The notes beneath the pieces were generated by a model, which searched no databases, had not been told where the DNA came from, and was given only the letters and a program-made list of their open reading frames with translations. Source: Collimonas fungivorans Ter331 (GTDB lineage: Bacteria > Pseudomonadota > Gammaproteobacteria > Burkholderiales > Burkholderiaceae_D). Taken from it: a stretch of DNA of 64,000 bases. A program made the translations under genes and the position numbers. Of this stretch, positions 37,303-46,600 are shown piece by piece; within the stretch, counting starts at the first letter, position 1; every line of letters begins with the position of its first letter. The DNA lies in NCBI RefSeq assembly GCF_000221045.1, contig NC_015856.1, positions 2,622,542 to 2,686,541 of the forward strand. The letters run 5' to 3'.

Positions 37303-37656
37303 TCACGCAATTAACTTGAGAAGTTTAAGGTCATGCCGAAACGAATCTGCCTCGTCTTGTGGTAGATCAATTAGCATTTTCTGCAAATCGTTCTCTGCCA
37401 GCAGGCTGGCAATTTTCTGCCAATGGTACTGTTCGCTTTCGGGTAACCTCCCCCCCGCAAGAATAACAGTGAGTACTTCCAGCATTAATTTCTCAATCGG
37501 ACTAATGAATGCATTCTGAAACTCATCGTATGCATAACCAAACTCATACTCTCCTGCTTCCCATTGTTGTTTATGAAATAGCTTTGACCGGCAATACTCA
37601 TAATAACAATTCAAAAACCAAGATCGTATTTCGCTATATGACGCCCGTTCGTCCAT
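37303..37656 (-). CDS. cdiI: Putative CdiI immunity protein
   Basis: 117-aa acidic protein whose ATG lies 4 nt downstream of the cdiA stop. Low-GC like the CdiA C-terminal toxin region. Position is canonical for cdiI. Confidence 0.55.
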   Translation of the reverse strand: MDERASYSEIRSWFLNCYYEYCRSKLFHKQQWEAGEYEFGYAYDEFQNAFISPIEKLMLEVLTVILAGGRLPESEQYHWQKIASLLAENDLQKMLIDLPQDEADSFRHDLKLLKLIA

Positions 37657-37659
37657 ATT

Positions 37660-40600
37660 TTAAAGTCCTTTCTTTGGTGGCCGTAGTACGATTCCATTAT
37701 TATCCATCACGTTAATGATAATGTTTGGATACTTTGTTTGAAACTGCTGAATTATGTTTGAACAACTTGAGCATGGTGCTCGCTCAGTCAGCAGGTTTAT
37801 CGTTCCCGCTACAGAAGTATTATCACCTAAGCGTGCAGCGACGTTATTCAATATTTTTGCTTCTGAATCTACAGCTCTATTAATCAAAACTCCGGAAGCT
37901 GATGGCACAGCAGAACTCGTGAAAGTTTCTGGTACTTGACCTACAAATCCAAGTGCCTGCTGCGTGATCGTCGGCGTATTGATTTGGCTCGATGCCGCCA
38001 TAGTTGACGGTATCCCTGGAATGTCGATTTGGGCAATGCCCATATTCCCCCCCGTTTTTGGACCAGATGGCAACACCAATCGTAAGTCCTTTAACTGCTG
38101 TACTAAAGAGACCGTATTCAACGTATCTGCTGTCGCATTACCGGCAATTATCCGAGATGGCCCGCCAAGGAGGGCTGCCGCAATTGCCTTATCGGTATTA
38201 CCAATCGATTGTGCAGCTCCACGCACGCGCTCTTCATAACCGATGCCATTCTTGAGCAATTCAATTTGCCGGTTAATCAAGGTAATGCTACCTACATCAT
38301 CCTGATACAGCGGTTTGGCAGCTTCCAAAGCGAGAACGGCATTATTGATGGCATCGAACTTTGCCCCGCAATTCGCGCCGCATGGTTTACCTAGATAATC
38401 AGTGGCAATCGTCACTAATTTACTAGCATTTTCGCCTGGAGTTTTCGCCCCAAATCGGGCCTGCTGTTCAGGTGTCCAAGAACCATCCGGATTTCCACCC
38501 AAGCGAGAATCGCGGCGTTCAATTGCTGTGGCAGTAAACAGATTGCCTGTTTTGTTTTCTGAAATAAACTGCTTGGCTTTTTCGTCGCTTTTACCCCCCA
38601 CTAGAGCTGCATCGTCCACCATGGCATAACCTGCCGACAACAAACGCTGATAGGCTTCCTCGGCAGTGATTTTTTCATCGTAATTTTTGGCCAGGTATTG
38701 CTGGTATTGCTGAGCTTTATCTTTCGCCCACTGACGTTCGTCCTGATGCAATTGTCGATTATTGGCCTCGACATTCAATCCTGAAGCCGCCCCGGCGGCG
38801 CCGCCAATCGCCGCACCTAATGCCGTCGCCGCGATCTGCGCCAGCCCCTGCTTCAGGTCTGCTGGCAGATCCATTTTCTTGATTTCATCGCCAATGACGT
38901 TCATCGCGGTGGCCGATGTCAACGCCCCCGCAGCACCTCCCAATCCACCGGAAAGTGCGCCTGCCGCTGTATGCAACGCGACACGGTAGGCGCCGCCATC
39001 TGTCCATTTATCAGCCTCTGCGGATAACGCAGCAGCGCCATCCAGATCGCCGCTATTTTTGGCCGTCTGCGCTTGCGCTCTCAAGCCGTCTTCTTTGCCT
39101 TTTGCGTAATCACCAATGTTCTTGGCCGCCTGCTGCCCAAACGTCGAAGTAATCTGCACCTGGGCCGAAACATCATCCTTGAGCTTCTGACCATCCCAAT
39201 CCTTGGTCAAGGCACCACTGCTGTCCTTAGCCGTGCTGACATCGCGATTGATGCTGGCGACGGTTTGGACAGCTGTAGTGCCGGTTTTAGCCTGTTGCGC
39301 AGCATCGTCAGTGATCGTGACGACACCGCCGCTGATGCCGCTGCGGGTGGTGCTGCTACTGCTGCCGCTGGCGCTGCCGATCCCTGCCGAAGTGCCGGTG
39401 CTGCCGGTCTGGAAAGTTTGCAGCGTTTGTCCGCCTACCGTCGGCGCCTTGGCGGTGCTGCCGTCTGCCGCCTTGCCATCGCCCTTGTCGCCGCCCACGC
39501 CAAAACCACCGCTGACGCCAAAACCGCTGGCGTCAAAGTCGCTATGGTTCTTGATGTCGACCTGGGTCAGGGTCTGAGTCGCCAGGCTATTCTTGTTGTC
39601 CTGGATCGCCTTGTCGCTGCTGGCGATGACGCCGCCCTTGAGGTCGGTGTTGCCGTTGACCTTGACCTGGAAGCCGCCGTCGCCGGCGGCGATGCCGGAT
39701 TGCTCGCCGACGCTGGCGAAGCTGCCGTTGACCTTGGTCTGGCTGTAGTTGCCGCTAGCGGCAAAACCGTAGCCGATGGTGACGCTGCCACCTATGCTTT
39801 GGTCCTTGCTCTTGTAGTTGCTGGTGTCCTGCAGGGACTCGATGTTCAGGTTGCCCTGGCCTGAGGTGCCGACATCTGCAATCACTTGCCGCGCACTGGC
39901 GACGCCGCCTTTGATATTGGTATCGTGGCCGGATTCCAGCGTCAGCGTATTACCGGCGACAACATGGGTGTTGTTTTGAGTGACATCGTCGCCATCCGCC
40001 TTGCCGCGGCTGCCCGAGGCGTTGGCGGTAACGCCGAACGCCAGGCCGTTTGAACCATATGTGGCGGCGATCCCGACCGCAGCGCTGCTCGACGAACTGG
40101 TGCTGTGCTGGTCGCTGGTGCTTTGCGTTGCCTGCAGGTTGATGTCGCCGTCGGCCTTGATGCTGGCGTCTTTGCCGGCGCTGATATTGCTGCCGAGGAT
40201 GTTGACATTGCTGTCCTTGTCGGCGCCGGTGGCGCTGATGGCAAGGTTGCCGCCTGCAGCCACCGAAGAACCCACGGCAGTGCTGCTGGTCTGCTTGCTT
40301 TGGCTATCGCTCTTGCTGGCGCCAATGGTCAGGCTGACTGTCACGCTTGGATTCGCTGCCGCATCGGCCACGGCTTTGGCGGTCATGGCTGCCGCAGCGG
40401 CGGCCAGCAATTTCATGCGCGAATCGTCGGTCTTCTTGGAAGCATCGCTCATCTGCTCAATCGATTGCAGAGCGCTGACGATAGGACTGCTCACGCCCAG
40501 CGACAAGCCGCTTTGCTCGGTATGGGTCTTGCTGTTCTGTTCCGAGGTGTCAAAGGCTGCGTTGATATCGACCGATTTGGCTGCAATGCTGATGTCGCCG

Positions 40601-43600
40601 GCCGGCGCCACTACCCGGCTACCGGTTTGCGTATAGTGTTCCCCGGCATTGATCGTCAGGTTGCCGCCGGTCGAGCCGATCACGCTGCCGGTATTCGTAA
40701 CAGTCTTGAGCGTGTTCTCATTGTCTTGTTCCTTGCTGCCCATGGTGATGCTGGCGCCAGTACTGAAGAGGCCCGAGGTTTCTTTCTTTTCATACGACGA
40801 TTGCGCGCTCTTGCTTTGCGCAGTCAGGATATTGACGTTGTTGGCTGCCGCCAGCGTTACGTCCTTGGTGCCGACCACATTGCTGCCCTGGATATTGATG
40901 TCATGGCCGGCGACGGCCAGCACGCTGTTGCCCGACACCGTGCTGCCTTCGGCCTGCTGCAGGCTGCTGTGCTTGGCGATCGTGGTGGTCGTGGTCGACA
41001 TGGCGTCGCCGCTCTTGACGTAACTTTCCTGCACCGTGCTGTGTTCGGTGGTGGCGCTCTTGATCGTTACGTCATTGTTGGCGGCCAGCGTGACTTGCCC
41101 GGTCGTTGTCGCCAGGTAGGCTGAAGTCAGCGTGATGTTGCCGCTACCCGCCTGGGCCACGACGCTGCCGCTGGCATCGGTCGCGCCGCTTGGCGTACCG
41201 GTAGCCTTGACCGTCAGGTTGTTGCCGGCGTTGACATTGCCGCCGACCAGCGTTTCGTCGGCGCTGCCGATGCGGTGGTATTCCTTCTTGCCGACAGTCT
41301 GGATATCGTTGACGACGCTGTCCTTGACCGCTTCGATGCTGACATTGCTGCCCGACAGCAGCGCATTATTGCCGGCGTTGAGGTTGGCACCCTTCAGCGT
41401 CAGGTCGCCGCTCCCGCCCTGGCCTGCGGCCAGGCCCAGGTTGTTGCTGGCGTTGAGGCTGGCTAGCTGATTGCTGACCGTGCTTTCCTTGATGAAGCCG
41501 GTGCGGCCTTCAACGCTGTGTCCGGCCGGATTTTCAACATCGATCTGATACTGGCCGGTGACGGCGCTGACCTTGACATCGCGGCCGGCGGTGGCGATCA
41601 GGTTGCCGCCGTTCGGGTTATCCGTGCTGGCAGTGCCGACCGCGCTGACGTTCGCGCCCTTGACGACCAGGTCGCGTGCGGCGTTCAGGGTTACCGTGCC
41701 GCCTTGCACCGTGGCGATACGGTCGATGTTGGTGCGGGTGCTGGTGGCTTCCGGATTGACGGTGTCGATGGTGCGCGTTTGCAGCACGATGTCGCGCCCG
41801 GCAAGCAACGTGACGATAGAGTCGTTGCCGCTGCCCTGGATCACGCCGGACAGGTTGACCAGGTCGTTGCGGGCACGGGCTACGATATCCTGCCCGCTGA
41901 TGCGGCCGCCTTGGTTGAGCAGGTCGTTGCCAGCCAGCAGCGTAGTGCTGTTGGTGGCGGCGATGCTGCCGCTGTTGACCAGGTCGGAATCGGTTTTGAT
42001 CATGACGTCGCCGCCGGCGATCAAGGCGCCGCTTTGCTGCAGGTCGCCGCCCTGCGGACGGCGCAGGTAAACCTGCGGCACCAGCACCTGCTGCGTGCTG
42101 CCGTCGGCCAGCGTCACGCTGCGGCTCACCAGCCAGACGATGTCGGTGGTGAGATTCGCCATCTGTTCTGCCGACAAGGCCACGCCGGGGCTCAGCTGAT
42201 ACTGGTTGGCATAGGCGACGCCGGCGTTCATCAACGCCTTGTATTCGTCCTCGGTGCTGGTGTAACTGGTCAGGTAGCGGCGTCCTGTGAGCGCCAGGAT
42301 CTGGTCATTGATCAGCTGTTGTTCGTAGAAACCGTCGCCGTAACGCTTCAGGTTACGCTCGGGGTCGCGATTCAGCGCCTGCAGGAAATAGTCGCTGGAG
42401 AGGAAGTTGCGCTGGTTAGTAAACCGGGGATCGGTTTCCACCAGGTAGCGCGACCCGGGTTCCGGGTGGATCGTGAACAGGCTGTTGTTTGGCAGGATCA
42501 GGCGCGGCGGTGTGGTCAGGATAACGTCATGCGCACGCAAACCCGTGCCGTTTGCCGCCACGCTTTGCACTACCGGCAAAGCGCGGCCGATGCTGTCTGC
42601 GCCGGCGCCGGTCGCCAGTACTGCATTGACTGCCTGTGCGCCAATGATGCGGGCATTGCCGATAGCGGAGCTGACGGCGCCGGCGACGCTGCCGTCCGGG
42701 TTGGCGGTGCTGACCCCGAGATTGCGGCTATCGGTCTGGTTGCCGGCGTTTTGCTGGTACACCACGGTCGGCAGATCAACGCTGATGACCTGCGGAGCCG
42801 CGTTGTAAGGCTGAGCGCCATCCCAGCTGCGGCAATGGCTGCCGCCAAACGTGCCGCAGCTGTCCACATGCGTAAACTCGGCGGTGCCGCTGTAGGTGGT
42901 ACGGCTCTCGCCCTGCGTGGCAAGATTGCGGACCGTAGGGCCGACGATGGCAAGCGCGCCGCCGGCAACGATCTGGCTATCCTGGTTGGTGACGGAGCCG
43001 TTGAGCGTCATGCTGCCGCCGGACAGTATCTGCGCCGGAGCGCTATTGGTTACTTCGATGTGGCTTGAACTTGCCGTGACCTTGTACCAAGTGTAGTCCT
43101 CGAACTGGTCGAGCCGGTTGTCTTCCCTCACGCTGGCATTGTAGCTATCGATCTTAGGAGCGAGCGCATCCAGCGTCGCCTCATAAGCTGTGCTCCAGAC
43201 TGCATAGTCTTTTCGCCACTGCACACATTGGGGAGTAGTCAAATCCACCGAGCCGTTGTCGGTCATGAAGGAACAGCCACCCGGACCGCCATTCGGCTCT
43301 ACCGGCGCGGCCGATGTAACGGTCGCGACGCCGAACTGGGCAAACACCGGCGAATTCCACGGATAGTTGTCCACGATGGAACCCGGGATGCAAGTCTGGC
43401 TGTCGCCGCTGCCGCTGCAGGAATCGGGAATCACAGTGCGGGCAGTGGCGACGGTGCTGCGCTGGCCGTATTTATCGGGATGAACGATGCAGCTGACCGA
43501 GTCACCGCCGCCGCCGACGCCGAAGCAGTCGGATGACTTGTACTTGGTGGCGGACCCGGAAGGCTGCACCTGGTCCTGGTTAATCGTCGGATCGACCACG

Positions 43601-46600
43601 ACCCGCGTGGTCAGATGATTGTTGCGGTTCACCAGGCTGGCGGCTGTTATCGCCAGATTGCCTTGCGCTTCGATCTTGGCGGAGGCGTTGAGCAGGTTCT
43701 CTACCGATCCTTGCAAGTTGCCGTTGCCGTCAATCGCGCCGCCGATGCCAAGGTCGCCCAGGCTGTAGATCAGCCCGCCCTCGGTATTGCTGAGGTTCTG
43801 GACCCCGATCAGCAAGGTGTTGCGGGCCGCGATGGTGCCGCTGCCGCTGTTGTTGACGGCGCCGCCGCTGATCCGCAGCAGGTCGCCGTAGATGCGGCCG
43901 CTGTTGTTCGTCGTGCCGGCAATGATGTTGGTGGTGACGCCGTCGATCAGCCCGGTGCTGCTGTTGGTCAGCGTGCCGCTGACGTTCAGGTTGGTGGTCT
44001 GCGCGCTGATCTCGCCGGAGTTGGTCAGGTTGCCGGCCGTGACGTTAAGCGTATCGCCCGAGGTCAGGGTGCCGCTGTTGGTGATGTTGCTGGCATTGAC
44101 GGTCAGGGTTTTCTGGGCCGACAGCAATCCGGTGTTGTTGTAGTCGCCGTTGACGTTCAGCGTGACGGCGTTGCTCGACGCAATCGTGCCGCTCAGGCTG
44201 TTGCTGCTGGTGGTGACGGTGGCGCTGTTGTCGCCGACGATCTTGCCGCTGGCGTTGTTCAGGGCGGTGGCGTTGATCGTGACATCGTGCTTGGCGCTGA
44301 CCAGGCCGCCGGTATTGTCCAGGCTGGCGGCGCCAAGCGCGGTGGTGATCACCGCATCCTTGCCAGCCTTGATATTGCCGCCGGCGTTGCTGATGCTGTT
44401 GGCGCTGGCGCGGATATTGGTAGCGCTGATGTTGCCGGCGGCGCTGTTGTCGATATTGACCGCATTCAGCACGGCATCGCCGTTAGCCGCGACCTGGCCG
44501 CCATTGTTGCTAATGCTGCCGGCCGCAGTGATGCCGATGTCGCCCAACGACTGGATCAAGCCGCTGCTGTTCAGTACATTGGCGGCGGTAATCGTATTGC
44601 TGCCGTTCGCAACGATCTGGCCGCTGCTGCGGTTATCCAGGTCTCCGGCCACGGCCAGCGTCTGCTTGCCGTTGCTGGCCACGTAACCGGCCTGGTTGTC
44701 GAGGCTGCCGCCTTTCACGTCCAGCGTACCGCCGGAGACGATCCCGCCGCTGTTGCCGCTGCTCCTGTTGACAATCGCCTGGCCATGGCTGTCGATGCGG
44801 GCATTGCCAACCGATTGCAGCAAGCCTTGGGTATTGTTCAGCGCGGCGGTGCTGGTGCTGAGATTTCCGGCCGCGACAACCTGTGCGCCCGCGTTGTCGA
44901 ACGTAGCCGCCGCGATAGTGATGTCCTGGCCGCTGATCAAACCTTTGACGTTGCTGGTATTGCCTGCGCTAAGCGTGGTGTTGCCTGCAGCCTGGATCTT
45001 GCCGCTGTCATTGGTCAGCGCTTGGCCGCCGGTGTTGATGCCCGCCGCACCCTTGAGCGATGCGATGGTGCCCCCGCTGTTGTTGAGCTGAGCGCTGGCG
45101 ATGTCAAGATTGCCGCTGGCGACAACCTGGCCCGCGCTATTGTCAAACGCCTGGCCTTGGGTGTTCAGGACAAGGTTGGCACCGCTGGCGATGGTTCCCG
45201 CCGCATTGCGGATTTCGCCTGACTGCACAGTCAGCGCCTGGGTGCCGACGATCTGTCCGCCCGCATTGTTGAGCAAGCCCGTGCCCAGCTTCAGGTCCGC
45301 CTGCTGCTTGGCGCTGACCATGCCTTGTATGTTGTCGAGCGTGCTCGCGCTCAGGCTGAGGTTGCCGTTGCTAGCGAGCTGGCCGCGACCGTTCTGGATT
45401 GCAGCCGCGCTTGCGACAGCGAGGGTATTCACCGCCGATACCAGGCCGGCGGTATTGTCCACGCTAGCAGCGTTCAGGTTGACCGTATTGTTGGCCGTGA
45501 TCTGGCCGCTCTGGTTGCCGACGGTGCCGGCATTGATGGTCATTGCGTTGGTAGACTGGATCGCGCCGCCGTTGTTGGACAACGCGCCGCCGCCCAACTC
45601 AAGGTCGACCTTGCCGGCGCTGGCGTCCGCCGTGTTGCCGGCGACGATAACTGAACCGCCGTTGTTCAGCGTGCTGGCACGGATATCCAGGCTGCTGCCG
45701 CTGGAAATCAGCGCGGCCTGGGCGCCGTTCGCGTTGCTGGCGACAGCGCCGGCCTGGATCTCCACCTTGCCATTGGCCAGGATGCGGCCGCCGGTATTGG
45801 TCAGCGTTTGGCCAGCCGTATTGATCGCCAGCGCCGCGCCGGACGAAATTTCGCCGCCGCTGCTGTTCAGCGCTTGTGTATTGAGAGTGGTGCCGGTGGC
45901 GCTGGTGACAAGCCCGCCGATATTGCTGGCGGCGCCTGCATTGATCGTCACGGCGCCTTTGTTCGATGCCAGGATGCCTTTGCCGGCGCCTATCGCATCG
46001 TTGCCCAAGGCGCCGGTATTGATCGCCAAGGTATCGCGGGCGATGACCTGGCCGCCGTTGTTGGTCAAGCTGGCGGACTGGATCTGCGCTCCGCCCGCAG
46101 CAGCGCTGGCGGTTGTCCCGGAAGCGATGCTGCCTTGCGTATTATCGATTGCGCCTGAGGTGCTCAATGCCAGGCTGCCGGCAGCGTCGATGACGCCCTG
46201 GCGGTTGCTCAGGCTGGCGAGGTTGAGTGTCGCCGCGCCGCCGTTCTGGGCGCGCGCGGTCAGCTGGCCGCGGCTATTGTCCAGCGCGCCGGCGCTGACA
46301 TTCAACGAAGCATCCGATACCAGCGTCCCCGCCGTGTTGTTGATTGCCGCGCCATTGGCGTCGACCGTCAAATCGGTCTTGCCCGACAACATCCCGCCCT
46401 GGTTGCTGATGCCTTGGGTAGCAGAGATACGTGTAGCCAGGTCGCTGGCGACCAGGCCATTGGCGTCGTTGACCAGTTGTTGCGCGTTCAGGGCAACCGC
46501 CTGGCTGCCCATCAGCTTGCCGCCGCTATTGTCGAGCTTGCCGGCCGTGGTGACGCCCAGCTGGCCGTTTGCCAGCAAGGTGCCGCCGACGTTGCTGACC

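Noticed and set aside
37098-37310. 70-aa minus-strand ORF between cdiI and the 202-aa orphan gene
   Set aside because: Short, no RBS, and it overlaps the cdiI 3' end. It could be a degraded fragment but cannot be supported.
37660-38757. Calling the CdiA-CT a nucleic-acid deaminase
   Set aside because: Only the PC-x-x-C halves of the deaminase zinc site are visible. No convincing H/C-x-E motif is present at the expected spacing. This is kept as a hypothesis in the findings rather than an annotation.
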